A DNA stretch of 62,529 nucleotides, the filler included, from Trichosphaerium sp. ATCC 40318 (lineage: Eukaryota > Protista > Tubulinea): assembly GCA_038496445.1 (NCBI GenBank). It is 3 parts of 3 records of this genome, joined end to end, with 100 filler letters (N's around TTAATTAATTAA, not from the genome) between each part and the next. Parts side by side here need not be neighbours in the genome. Positions count along the whole stretch, not along the records: positions 22,826 to 53,236 come from JALMLS010000126.1; 2 more parts are not named here. One strand, given 5' to 3'. The notes under the pieces were generated by a model. The model ran no database searches. It was not told where the DNA came from and was given only the letters and a program-made list of their open reading frames with translations. The position numbers and the translations under genes are program-made. Shown here piece by piece: positions 40,410 through 53,336 of the stretch. Every line of letters starts with the position of its first letter. The stretch's first letter is position 1.

Positions 40410-42835
40410 TAGTCTGTTGTTGGAGCATCAATTGTAGGAGCGTCTGTAGTAGGAGCATTCATAGTTGGAGTTCAGTTGTTGGTGCCTCAGCAGTAAGCGC
40501 AGTAGTAGTTGGAGCCTCTGTTGTTGGAGCAGTAGATGGAGCGTCAGTACTTAGGGCTTAAGTAGTTGGCGCTTTCGTTGTAGGAGCCTCTGTAGTTGGT
40601 GTCGTAGTTGTCAGAGCTTCTGTGGTTGGACCTCTGTAGTTGGCGCTGTAGTTGTCGGAGCTTCAGTGGTAAGAGCCTCAGTTGTAGGTGCATTTGTGGT
40701 TGAAGCCTCTGTAGTAGCATCCGTAGTTGGAGTTCAGTTGTTGGTGCCTCAGCAGTAAGCGCAGTAGTAGTTGGAGCCTCTGTTGTTGGAGCAGTAGATG
40801 GAGCGTCAGTACTTAGGGCTTAAGTAGTTGGCACTTTCGTTGTAGGAGCCTCTGTAGTTGGTGCTGTAGTTGTTGGAGCTTCAGTGGTCGGTGCATCTGT
40901 AGTTGGAGCTTTGTAGTTGGTGCTTCAGTTGTTGGAGGTTCCGTATTGTAGGAACCTCTGTAGTTGGTGCATCTACAAAGAAAGTTAGTTGCTTTAGAAA
41001 GTAAAATACAAAGTACCAGTTGTAGGTCTTTTGTTGTTGGTGCATCAGTCGTAAGCGCATCCGTGGTAGGAGCTTCAGTCGTAAGAGCTCTTGTAGTTGG
41101 TGCCTCAGTTGTGGGAACCTCCACAGTAGGCGCAGAAGTAGGTGCTACAGTTGTAGGAGCCTCAGTCGTTGGCACTTCAGTAGTTGGCACATTTGTGGTT
41201 GGAGTGTTTGTGATTGGCGCTTCGGTGGTAAGTGCATCTGTAGTCAGAGCCTCTGTTGTTTGAGCCTCTGTTGTTGGTGCATCTGTAGTAGGCGCTACAG
41301 TGGTAGGAGCCTCAGTAGTTGGTGTTTCAGTCGTAGGTGCATCTGTCGTTGGAGCTTCGGTTGTAGGCGCATCCGTAGTTGGTGCCTCTGTAGTTGGCGC
41401 TTCTGTGGTTGGAGCAGTGTAGTTGGTGCTGTAGTGGTTGGAGCTTCAGTGGTAGGAGCCTTCGTTGTTGGAGCTTCAGTTGTTGGAGCCTCTGTAGTTG
41501 GAGCTGCAGTCGTAGGAGCTTCGGTTGCAGGTGCCTCCGTTGTTGGAGCTTCAGTTGTTGGGGCTTCGGTGGTTGGAGCTACGGTTGTTGGGGCAGCAGT
41601 AGTTGGCGCATCAGTTGCAGGAGCTTCAGTTGTAAGAGCTTCTGTAATTGGTGCTGCAGTCGTAAGAGCCTCCGTAGTAGGCGCTACAGTGGTAGAAGCC
41701 TCCGTTGTTGGAGCCTCTGTAGTTGGAGCCTCCGTTGTTGGAGCATCTGTAGTTGGTGCTTTTGTTGTTGGAGCCTCTGTTGTTGGCGCTTCAGTTGTTG
41801 GTGCTTCTGTTGTTGGCGCTTCGGTGGTAGGTGCATCTGTAGTAGGTGCTTCTGTAGTTGGTGCATCTATCACAGTTAGAAGGAAAAAGGTAAAAATATC
41901 GATCAAGTACCAGTTGTAGGAGCTCCAGTTGTTGGTGCTTCAGTTGTAGGAGCCTCTGTAGTTGGTGCTTCAATCGTTGGAGCTTCGGTTGTAGGTGCCT
42001 TCGTTGTTGGAGCCTCTGTAGTAGGAGCATCTGTAGTTGGAGCTTCAGTGGTAGGAGCATTCATAGTTGGAGCTTCAGTTGTTGGGGCTTCAGTGGTTGG
42101 CGCAGCTGTTGTTGGTGGTTCTGTTGTTGGAGCATTTGTAGTAAGTGCATCTGTAGTTGGTGCTACTGTAGTTGGTGCTTCTACAAATAAAGTAAGTTCC
42201 CATATAGAAAGTAAACAACAAAGTACCAGTTGTGGCGCTATAGTTGTAGGTGTTTCTGTTGTTGGAGACTCTGTCGTTGGAGCTACAATGGTTGGAGCCT
42301 CTGTTGTTGGAGCATCTGTAGTAGGTGCAGCAGTTGTAAGTGCATCTGTAGTTGGCGCAGCTATCATAGTTAGGTGGAAAAAGGTAAAAATAATATCGAT
42401 CAAGTACCAGTTGTAGGTGCATCTGTGGTAAGAGCCTCTGTTGTTGGTGCTTCTGTAGTTGGAGCCTCTGTAGTCGGTGCTTCAGTTGTTGGTGCAGCAG
42501 TAGTTGGAGCCTTTGTAGTCGGTGCTTCAGTCGTAGGTGCATCTGTAGTAGGCGTTACAGTGGTAGGAGCCTTCGTAGTTGGAGCTTTTGTGGTTGGAGC
42601 CATGACGTTCTACAAAACTGAGCAGTATGATTCTTACACACTTGTCTACCCTTTGCATCAGACTTCTAAATACCGTGTTACCTCCTGCATAAATAAATAA
42701 AATGAAAACCATACTGAGTCACTAGCTAGCTAGAAAACACGAACATATATCATGCGTACCTGTACTGTTGAGGTGTATGCTGGCCACACCACGATTTATA
42801 ATGGGCGTCACTCCAGTCTGTACGTTGGTACTCAT
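40410..42835 (-). pseudogene. mucin-like (APTTE)n Thr/Pro-rich surface protein with a decayed 3' part
   Basis: 15-nt codon-degenerate repeat encoding A-P-T-T-[E/D/A/V/K]. Duplicated introns. Frameshifts and stops in 40460-41420. Confidence 0.75.
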
Positions 42836-43344
42836 CTTGTAGTGAACTTGTGAAATTGCTTCTTGTTTAATAAAGCTGTTGTCATTGCGCTGTGTTACTA
42901 TAAAACGAATAAGTTCACTAGAATAGGAATCGAGAAACGTGATAGCAAGAAAAAGGTTTGAAACGGTGCATTTAGCCACCATAATTGAATACGCATCAGT
43001 TTTTCGCTGCTAGGTAACTGTTTGCTAATAACAGGCTGTCAAAAGATACCCACCCACCTCTTAAAATTATGCAGCTATGTATTGTTGCGCCAGGAGTTAC
43101 GATTTATACCTTTATACAAACTTAGCACTTGAAAAGTAGTTAATTATTACAAGAAGCTTACCTACTTAATGTTCACACTACACTAGCACCAACACAGTAG
43201 TTGCTAGCAATCAAAGGTGCGAGTAACAACTTGTGTAAGCCACTTTTGACGGCGACTCCAAATATGGCATAAGTTCTTGCGTTTGGTTAGTCTAAAAGTT
43301 TGGCGAAATCGCATGAACACCTACCTAGCACGGTGAACACAGTT

Positions 43345-46300
43345 CTAAGCTGTTTGTAAGGCGTCAATAGGAAGCTCGATTAAGTTAGAATAACTGTTGT
43401 GCCAGCTAGACAATGATCGATCAATCTCATACTCAATGCCTTTGCTAGTGAAATCAACCTCACCAAGGCGCTTTCTCTGAGGGGTAAAAGGCGTCAACAA
43501 CCCACTGAAAAAAAAAAAGTGTTCTCTTACCTGATACGATTTAGTGGTTTGTAATTCCACAAAGGATGCCTGGAGCTTGCCTTTGCAATTTCTAGTTTCT
43601 CAACTGTGTTGGTTTTTTTGCTAATAGTGACCCAAGCGCCATTCTACAGTTGTTCATTAGCACGAAAGAAAAAAAAGCGTATCAAAAAAAAAGCGATTTG
43701 TTTTTAATAAACAGATTGGTTTAGACCGCAGCGCCTTGTATCCTTACTTCTTCTAATGCTCCTTTATCATCTTTATCAGCTAACCTCCTCTTTACATCAC
43801 CGACTAGTTTTTTATACATATCATCAAAAACCTTCGCCTTTTGGCGCATACGTTCAACAGCTAGAATAAAACGTCAAACAAAACCACTTCGTCTAGGCAA
43901 CACAAGCAAAGGTCAACTTTTGTGTTTCTGAAAAAAGTGAAAGAAGAAAAATGATGACTCACCTGCTGGATCGTGTTCGCTGTTGTTCGTGATAGCATTC
44001 ATCAATGCTTTATGCTTTCTTCCGTAATTCAACAAGTCTTTCAAGCCACTTGCTGTTGCTATAATCTTCAACATCATTCAAAAGTCTATCAAGAATTCTG
44101 AACAGTGTTTTAGCAAGTTTATCCTCAGCAGCAACTTCATCTGTCGCATTAACGAGTTGATCTGAAGCCCACTCAATCTCGTCAAGTAGTTTATCAAGAT
44201 CAGCAATTGCACATCTATCTTCATCAGACAAGGCAGCTTTTATAGCAGGAAGTAATCCGTGTATCAAGTCTAAATAAAAGTTCTTTAGCTCAACAAATAA
44301 TCCAAAGCGAGGAAGCAAGAAGAAAGTTGTACCTCTATTCAATTGCTCTGCTAGCTCTAAGAGCGTTCTACATAGCTCTGGATCATCAATACCTTCAGCA
44401 ATAAGACTTGCGAGTATTGCTTGAGCGTTGGTATCATCATTGAGGTTCTGTAGTGCATTGGCAATATCCTACCCTTATAATAAGAAAGCAAGCAAAGATT
44501 TGCTAGGGTAGAAAAAAGCAAGGAAAATCACATGCGTTTAAGTCACCAGCTTTGATCACATCTCTGAGACGTTGTACATCTTCCTTCACTCTTCCGTTTA
44601 TTGCTTCCATTTCTGCATCAGGAGATGAAATAGCTGCGTCAGCCAAAGCTTTATTAGCAGCTGCTACTGCATCGAAAGCTCGCTTCATATTTTTTTGAGC
44701 ATGCATTTGCCAAGATTTCTTGCGGCGTTGTTTTCTCGCTGGTGTTTACTAGATTTCCCAATTTATCTCTTAGTCTATCTATAGCATCTTGTAGTCTCTT
44801 TCTAGCATCAGAGTTGCCAGGCTAATAACAGCAATAAGCACAAACTAAAAACTAACTTAAAGATAAGAAAAAATGTACCCTTCTCATGCAGTTTTCTGCG
44901 GCTTCTCTGAGCTCATCAGGCGCAGCTAAACGCAGGTGAGTGTAACCAAATAATTATAACGTACCTCTAACATAGTCAGAAGCATCCTGAAGCCTTCCAG
45001 CACGAAATGGGTCGTCATCAATAACAGGAATTAATGTATTTGCCAGATCAACAAGTTGATCTGCATTATCTTTTATTTCATTCTTTCTTATTTACAGCAG
45101 GTGGTAATTCATCCAATAAATCATCCATATTAGCTGCAGCTTGAAGTAGTTGATCTCGAGCAATCCCTAGAACTACCTTCGCACTTAAAGAAAAAACTGT
45201 TAACCAATTTTCAAAAAATATAAAGTTTGTGAGTACGTACTGTTCTTTTCCAAGTTCATCTAATAGTCCTTGTATTGCTGAAGGATCTCTTCTTCTTGCA
45301 GCTGCACATGAAGCATCGCCAAGTTTATCTATCATATTACCCAACTTGTCACGCAAATTGTCTATTGCATCTTGGAGCTTTTTCCTCAGATTTGGATCTT
45401 TGATTCCTTTTAATGCGTCTTCAGCAGCATCCCTTGGATACAAGATGAGCAAAATAATAAAATCACGTGCGTTTAATACGACAAATGCTCTAAACGAGAA
45501 GTTTTAACATAAGCGTACAGTTGATCCTCAATTTCATTTCTTATCGCCTTAACAAGTTGATCTACGTCACCTAGTTCACCTGCGCGTATAGCATCTCTCA
45601 AACGATTCATCAAATGTGGTACTTTCCTTTAAATTCAAGGCATTAGAAACAAACTCTGGCGACTTCTAAAGGAATAAAAACTGTACATTACCTGAACTCT
45701 ATCTTGTGGATTAATTATCATAGCGCCCATTTCGTGATCCAATAAGCTTAAATCAAATGGAGATTTAGCACTCTCTCTTACACCTTCTGCTAGTCTATAT
45801 ATCGCATCTTGTATTCTAGGAACTAGAGCATTCCTCTGAGAAACAGCACTCTGATCCTATTTAGGTATTAGTCTTGCCCTTGGTTTTTCTCGTTTGCTTG
45901 TACCTTGCGTATTGTAATACGCTCGCAAAGCGCTGTGAATTGTGGTGCTAATTGTTTTATATCCTTAGCTGCTTCGAACATCATCCTTTTAGCCTATAAC
46001 GGATTTTTAACCTTCAAACAGATAATAAAATGATAGTACCTTCGGCTCATGAACATGTTCAAGCCGGTAATCAACTAGGTCCAACGCATAATCAGTTGAT
46101 GCTTTAAACTCATCCTTTGCGAATGTAGGTGAACTATAACTCTATGAGAGCGTAAGCAAAGGAGTTACAAAAAAATAAAAGTGTACACAGTTTCTAGCGC
46201 AGATCGTTTAGCTGCAGCCTAACCATATGTCTCATTATCTCTAAAAAATAACGTTATTTTGATAAACAGAAAAAAAAACTGTTTCAAGTCTCTTTTATCG

Positions 46301-47760
46301 CGTGATGAAAGAATTTGCATTCTGAGCTTCGTACAGCATACTACCTACCTTTACCAGCGTCCAAAATGAGCTGTTTCGCATTCTTATCATAGTTGTTTCT
46401 TGAAAGCGAATTACAAGCACTCACGACATCGTTAACGCTATCTCTAATACATAAAGCATTACGCATTAGAGCATTTTTGTAGAGATAACGTAATTTAGGA
46501 AAATAAATTGTAATTACGCACCTGAGCAGGGCTGAAACTCAACAAGGCATTTTTGGACAATGCCTAGGCATTTTCATCAAATAATGCCTTATTTTTTACA
46601 AAAATGCCTAGTTTTTGCCTCATTCAAAAAGGCAAATACAGGGCAATGCCTTATTTTTTGCTCCAAAAATGCCTTATATTTGATGAAAAATGCTTGCATC
46701 TGGTACACAAGATTGCAATGGTTTTGCTTGCATATTTTAAGGAATTATGCCTTCAAATTAGGGCATAACTCATGCATCAATGCCTTATTTTGAAGGCAAA
46801 AAGAAAGCATTGTCATAGTCTACAGTGCCTAATAAACCAGGCATTTTCAGGTAATAACACAACTATTTATTTTATAATACAGTACACATACAATACACAA
46901 AACTCCTAAGTCCACATTTGAAAAAACCTTAAAGAAAATATGAGATGGTGTAGAAAAAAAAAAAAAAAAACTTACCTTGTAGTGTTAGAATTCCGCGGTC
47001 CTGGAAATATCGCGGAGTTCACTCCTACTGCTGTTGTAGGTGCAATAGGGCGCTGCGGTTCGTTTGGCGGTGGTTTCGTCTAATTTCATGAATTACTAAG
47101 AGCGCTAGGTGCCTATCTATATAAAACGTCAGTAGGTGATGTGAAAAAAAAAGTGTAAAAGTTGTTTGACTGTTACTTACCTTAAACCACTTCCTTAATG
47201 TGATCAGTCCTATGATATAGTATAGGCAATGCCTTATATATGAATTAAAATACAAGGCATATAATGCTTAAAAAAATAAGGCATAATAAAGGCATAAAGT
47301 ACTTGCAATATAGGGCATTACTTGATTTTATGCAATGCCAAAAAATGCAATACAAGGCATTACCTGATTTTATGCAATGCCAAAAGATGCCCAAAAATGC
47401 CTGGTTTTAATGCCTTTTTGATGAAGGCATTGCCTTTTTGTAAAAATGCCTTATTTTATTGGGCATTGCCAAATGCAAATGCCTTGATTTTGCCATCTAA
47501 TGCCAAATGTTAGGAATATGCATCATTTTTTAAGGCAATGCCTAGCTGAGTTTCAGCCCTGCGTTTGAAGCCATGCTCGTTTAGCGCCTCCAGCAAGTGT
47601 AACATTTGATAATAATAATTTTCATAGTCGTACAACCTAAACAAGCATTTAGTGACGATTGCAACGGTAGAATTCTTTTAGTGCGATAACGTACCGTTAC
47701 CTGCAAGATGCTGTAAGTATAAGGTTAAGAAAGTGATACCTTAAATCAAATCCATCTAAA
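43345..47760 (-). CDS. vinculin/talin/alpha-catenin-like helical-bundle protein, multi-exon, interrupted by an insertion; 5' end unresolved
   Basis: Repeated amphipathic helices (KDPNLRKKLQDAIDNLRDKLG, DARKRLQDAIDRL, AQANLAI-type segments) across many short introns. Confidence 0.5.
46527..47561. mobile_element. non-autonomous TIR element (hAT-like CAGGG ends), 1035 bp
   Basis: Perfect 15-bp TIR CAGGGCTGAAACTCA / TGAGTTTCAGCCCTG, with many subterminal AATGCC/GGCATT motifs. There is no clean TSD. Confidence 0.85.
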
Positions 47761-47905
47761 CAGGTCTGAAGTACGTAACTAGGGTATTTAACACTATGCA
47801 CCTAAACTTTCATTAGCATTTGATTTGAATAATAAAGCACAAAGCAAAAGAAAAGGTACACGTTAGGTTACATAACATATGTGTAGTGACTATTTTTGCA
47901 TGTTG

Positions 47906-47933
47906 CAAAAAACCTCCAATTGGAGGTTTTTTG
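47906..47933. repeat. perfect 28-bp palindrome upstream of the AlkB-like/transposase gene pair
   Basis: CAAAAAACCTCCAATTGGAGGTTTTTTG. Confidence 0.85.
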
Positions 47934-48228
47934 TCATTTTTTCACCAGAGCATATTGTCGCAATGCGCTTTTTGCGCGTAATAAGCGCCATTGCGAGGGT
48001 TTAGAGAAAAAACATTCAAAAATTATTTTTGTTTTTTTGAATTGCTCTGATAAGTACCCGAACAACCATTTTTCATTAAAAAACCTCATATTAGCCATTT
48101 GTGTTTTGGCGGCTAACTGTTTTTGAGATTATTTTTTTTTTTTTGGTTTTTTCTTCCATTGCCGCTCATTTTTGAATTTTCTTTATTTAGTACTTAACTA
48201 TACCATTGTAGGTAACAACACTTAGCTC

Positions 48229-51147
48229 ATGTCCATCATACGAGACACATCCAAGCGGTACATAGTGAGTTTTTTTTGTTGGTGCTAAAATGAGGTGTAG
48301 AAAGCGAGTTTCAAGATCCAACTCCCCCAAAACAAGATCGAAAAAACCACACATACAAGATCTAAAGGTAACGTGTCAAGTAGATGATATAAACTCCAAG
48401 GTACGGTGACATGTTTTATTGTAAACGTCAAAATCTTAATTATTTTCTTCAGACAGCAAATGCAAAGAACCGCAATCAATTTACAATACAAAGAGACAAG
48501 ATTAAAAATGCTATCATTAATCTCAAAAGTTTATTAGAAGTTACAGTGGCAAATGGAGGCGCGAAAATATTAGAAGAGCCATGGGCAAAAAAATTAAACT
48601 TAAAAGCAACATTATTGTCCAAAACACATACAGAGTGGATAGTACAAAGTGTGTTGCCTGCAAATATAAAATCACCAACTGCATACACAGTAAAAAAGCT
48701 TAATCAGGTACGAGAAGTCTCTTTACATCAAGCTTTTCTTATTTTTTTCCAATACAGGTGAAACGTAAAGCTGAGAAGCACAATATATCTGGTGCTGCCT
48801 TGGTGCGTATGGCTTTGATTGTACGAAACAAAAGGCAACAAGGTAAGCTTATATTACCAATCAACAACTTATCGTTATTGTAGCTAACAAGAGGCGTTCT
48901 GTTGTTCCTTATGGCACGTTAAAATCAAGCATTATGCCAAAAGATATAACCATGGCATTTGATTATCTCAAGTGCAACACAATGCCTACTTTAACTCATT
49001 TTCAAGAAGGTACATATAAAACAAATACAATGACACGATTACCCTCTAATGTATTATACAAGAGAATGAAGAAACAGCTCACGACAACATTAAAAGTGTT
49101 ACTATCAAAAACACTTCTAATTCTACAAAGCTGAATATAGATTGGAGAGGATCTGTATCACAATTGTGGCTTACAACATATGTTATACCTGACGAATTGT
49201 TGTTTGTGTGTAGACAATTTGCTGGACAATTCAAAAATGATCTCAAACACACGGTACGCAAATCCATTGTCTTAACCACGTGTTTACTTTGTTAGTTTTG
49301 GTCTAAGCCCGGTGATTTGTGGGAAGCAAACATTATGAGGAGGTATAAGACCCAAAATTATGGTAAAGTTGTTTGTGTTACCCCATATTCTGGTAAGTTG
49401 CTTATTTGTTTGGTATCGTGATTAACATCAACCATAAAGATAAGTTTTGTGGCAACTCTGAGGTTAAGATACCCATTCAACTAAATGAAGCCAAGTGGAA
49501 TCAATTATTGCCTATTATAAATGCTCATCACAACATTACAACCAACGCAAAAGCTTTAAATGACAGTGAAATTGTGGACATGGTCATAGAGTTAAAGGTG
49601 AGTTTATACAAAAAAATGGTGTTTGCAATGGTTAAATGTAGTTGTTTATAGGAGTGGCCTACAGGCAAATCAAGCTTAAGAATGCATAGTGATGGAGACA
49701 AAGGCCAATTGCATAGCGGCTCTGGTATAACATGTTTTGGTTTTGCTTTGAAGGATGGTAAAAAAGAAAAACTTGGTAAAACCATAATCATTCAAACAAG
49801 CACGTGCTTCATATTTATTTTGTAGTATGGTAATATTTACTTTAGATTCTGAAAAGTTTAAGGTTAATGGCACTAACTTTGTGTGGGCCTTAAGCAACAT
49901 TGACCCTCCATCAGCTGATGTCCAAAATGATGGCGATGGATTTGGTCCGGGGGTAGTGCGACATTCTGTTGAAGTTGTGGTGCCTAAAGGTGTCCGTTAC
50001 TTTTCTTTAATTGTTAGACATTTCATTCGGACTCTGCCTGAAATAAGTGACCTTGCTATTGCAAAACAGAAGCGTTTGGTGGGGTTGTCTTCCAAAAGCT
50101 ATGCTAAACACACCAAATTGAAACACTCTCTATATGTTTGTCCACAAAACCTGCGCTATAAAGCCAACAACCACTTTCTTCTATCTTCTTCTTATAAATT
50201 ACCTCAAGATGATGATAAAGAAACAATCATACACCCTGGAACTTTGTTAATTTACAATTTACCTGGGTGCGTTTATTTGTAATTGCATAGTTGATTTAAT
50301 ATTCTTTTCAAGCTTGTGTGAAATGGGTTTGATTGCTTCTTATCAAAGAACTTTTCAAGGACATACAGGAGTAGGATTAAAAGTGGTAGTTAAAAAAGAG
50401 TGTGTTGCCAAAGAGTACATCAAGACTTTACTCAGTTACATTTAATGTTATTGCAGATATTTTTCAAGTGATTGGGCGGTTGTATACTCTACTGCAACAG
50501 AAATATCTCAAGATAATGTTAGTGCGCTCATTAAAAAGTCACTGTATTTGCAACGGAATGTCGACAATGAAGATGAAGGTTGTACTTTTTTTATAACCCC
50601 CTGCACTCTATTAAAACAACATGTTGATGTTGATTATGATTCACTGGGCTGTACAAGCTTGACATAGACTTATGTTTTGTTGACATTGTATTGTAGGCGC
50701 CCATCAACTTGGAATTGTGTCAAGGTGGTATGTTCATGGCTTTCTTTATTATGGAAAACAGCCTGTTGTGGTTTTTAGAAAAATCAAACGGCTAGGGAAT
50801 AATCTCTCTCTTCACCTCAATTGCAAATGCTGCACGCTGCGTCCATTATTCTTGCATATATTTAGTGATGTACCCTCTGACAAGAACATGTCTGATGAAG
50901 ATATAATAACTAAAGAAAGTTCTCATTGGAATACAATCAAACAATTAGATGGTACGATTTTTTTTTTTGCAACTTTTTTTTCTAATGCTCCTTTTATTAC
51001 AGTATTACCCACACTAGTAAATCAGTTTGCTTACACTGGAAAGCTATCCAAAGAAGACAAAAGAAAATGTGATTGTACGTTGGTTGTAAGAGTATTAAAC
51101 GTCTAAATTGTTTTATAGGTTTAGATAAATTGTGTAGGAAACAATAA
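48229..51147 (+). CDS. multi-exon protein with a central AlkB-like 2OG-Fe(II) dioxygenase domain
   Basis: Spliced core: MRRYKTQNYGKVVCVTPYS...AKWNQLLPII...ELKEWPTGKSSLRMHSDGDKGQLHSGSGITCFGF...FVWAL...VRHSVEVVVPKGVRYFSLIVRHF. HxD at 49685-49693, distal H at 49962-49964, R at 49995-49997 and 50016-50018. Confidence 0.7.
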
Positions 51148-51208
51148 ATAAATTTATGCTCATTAAGTGGAGTTTTTTTTCCTTAATTGTAATCAACAAC
51201 AAGCAACA

Positions 51209-53236
51209 ATGGCTAACGTGTATTGTGACGCTTGTAAGACATGGTATACATGGAGACATTATCATTACAGGCACTTAAAATCTAATAAACATACAACGGC
51301 GACCATAAAGCTAGGTACATGTACAAAATACCTCAAATGTACTTAGTTAATTATAGGAATGGGCAAGCGGAATAGAGACTTTTCTCAAGGAAACAACAAT
51401 ACCATTGGCAAAGCAAAGAAACGGATTAGAACTCATGATATTAATTTGGGAGATTCAGCAAATGCCAGTGAAAGTGTCGACCATCTGCTTGCTTTTAATC
51501 TAAATACTGATTGTGATGCCAATAGCAATGCAATAAGTCACAACAGTGACTCTGAAAGTCAAAGTAGTGTGGACAGTGGATTTAATGGCACTGGTGATGA
51601 GAGCAATGAAAGCAGTGTCAGCGACGGGTTTGAGGAACCAGTTTATTTAAGAGATGACAATACAAAGCTACCTTTAACAGATCTTCCTCACTTTTTAAGT
51701 GTTGGTGGTGAGGCTATGCGCAGTGGTGAGTTAACAGTAGCAATTAGTGTAGCATTAATTTGTTTGTTAAAGAATTCGGGCAGTTGTCTGATGAACAATG
51801 GAAAAAAGAACAAAGGCCTCCAGATTTTGAGCCAAGTGATGACTTTAACTCTGCCTCTCCTCAACAAAAGCTTGGTTATTTGTTGTTTGTGCTAAAGTTG
51901 GAACACAAGCTGTCTTTGGTTTTGTGTAAAAAAATTTTAGAGCTGTTCAACACTGCCTTGGTTCTTTTTGGACTTGATGCTAATGGTACGTAACATGCCA
52001 CATTGTGATTATCTCTTATGTTGGGTTTGTTAGGCACTGTGTCTGTTTCTGTGAACACATTGTTGAAAGAAATTGCTACAAAAGTACATTTACCAGTCGT
52101 ATGTGCCTTTGTCCTTGCTTATTGTTTTACATTAGTTTTTGCCTCAATTTCCACCTGAAATAATATCAGTGGACAAAAAAACCAAGTCAGACAAAGTTGT
52201 ATACATGACACAAGTTCCTTTTTACTCTCCATCAGAGCATATCAAAAGAGTGTTGTATTATTTGCCCACAAGAAACAGCATCGCTGAATGTATAACTGAT
52301 GGACCATCCACAATGCACACACACTATGAAGATGGAACTACAAAAGCAGAAAAGGTGTACAAAGGTCCAGAAACTGGGACCAATGTGAAAAAAGTGTTCG
52401 CAGATGTACTTGACATTTATGAGGCAGACAAAAACAACACTATTTTACTCCCAGGTATACTATACTTTATCTTTTGATTGTTTACTCACTGTTAATAAAT
52501 AGCATATATAAGCAAGGATGATTTTACATACGATAAAAAAGACAGTTTGGGACCTTTGTATATGGTTGTTTGGAATTTGCCTAACAGTGCCAGTGCTACT
52601 GGAAAAATGTTGTTGGCTGTGCTACCAAAGTGTTTGCATGAAGAAGATCTTTTGGAACATGTTGTAAATGATTTTTTAAAGGTGTACAATGGCATGAGAT
52701 GTTACATAAAAAGTGAACAAAAGGTACGGGCCAATTTTATTGGGTTTTTTTTACAATTTAATCCAAAAAATAGTACTTCACAGTGTATTTGAGGTTGTCT
52801 AAGATATTGGGTGATTCACCAGGCTCAAATAGATTGATATGTACAAAATCCTTCACTATTGATCAACTTATGTTACTTTTAGCAATGAGGAGTCCAACAT
52901 CTCATTATCCTTGCCGAATATGTAGAGTGCCAAAAAATGCCTTTCAATTAATTACAGAAGACAATGAGATTGTAACAGCCACAAGAAACACACTCCAAAT
53001 CCTCACCATGGCACATGAACACTCATATAGTGATCATATTAAAGATTGTTTTAGCATTCACAGGCAGGTGAGCAACAACCCACAAATTTAGTTTTACTTT
53101 AGATTAACTGGTATTTTTTTTTCTTTTAGTCTCCGTTCAGTAAGCTGTTGAACCATCACTTTGACTTTTTTTTGGATTCTCCATATTGTCCATTTCATAA
53201 CATCATATTGGGCATAGCTAAAAATGTGTTGGATGC
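51209..53236 (+). CDS. CMC (CACTA/EnSpm)/Plavaka-like DDE transposase with N-terminal C2H2 finger, truncated by a gap
   Basis: VYCDACKTWYTWRHYHYRHLKSNKH; YISKDDF; LGPLYMVVWNLP; ILGDSPGSNRL; HYPCRICRVPK; SPYCPFHNIILGIAKNVLD. Confidence 0.8.
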
Positions 53237-53336
53237 NNNNNNNNNNNNNNNNNNNNNNNNNNNNNNNNNNNNNNNNNNNNTTAATTAATTAANNNNNNNN
53301 NNNNNNNNNNNNNNNNNNNNNNNNNNNNNNNNNNNN

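Noticed and set aside
40964-42700. Plus-strand (GASVV)n ORFs and other overlapping ORFs
   Set aside because: Antisense or alternative-frame shadows of the APTTE repeat. The introns are oriented for the minus strand.
49010-49062. In-frame TAA at 49047 suggesting that the AlkB-like gene is a pseudogene
   Set aside because: It falls inside a plausible 53-nt GT-AG intron whose removal keeps the frame (QE-E-NEETAHD). RNA confirmation is needed.
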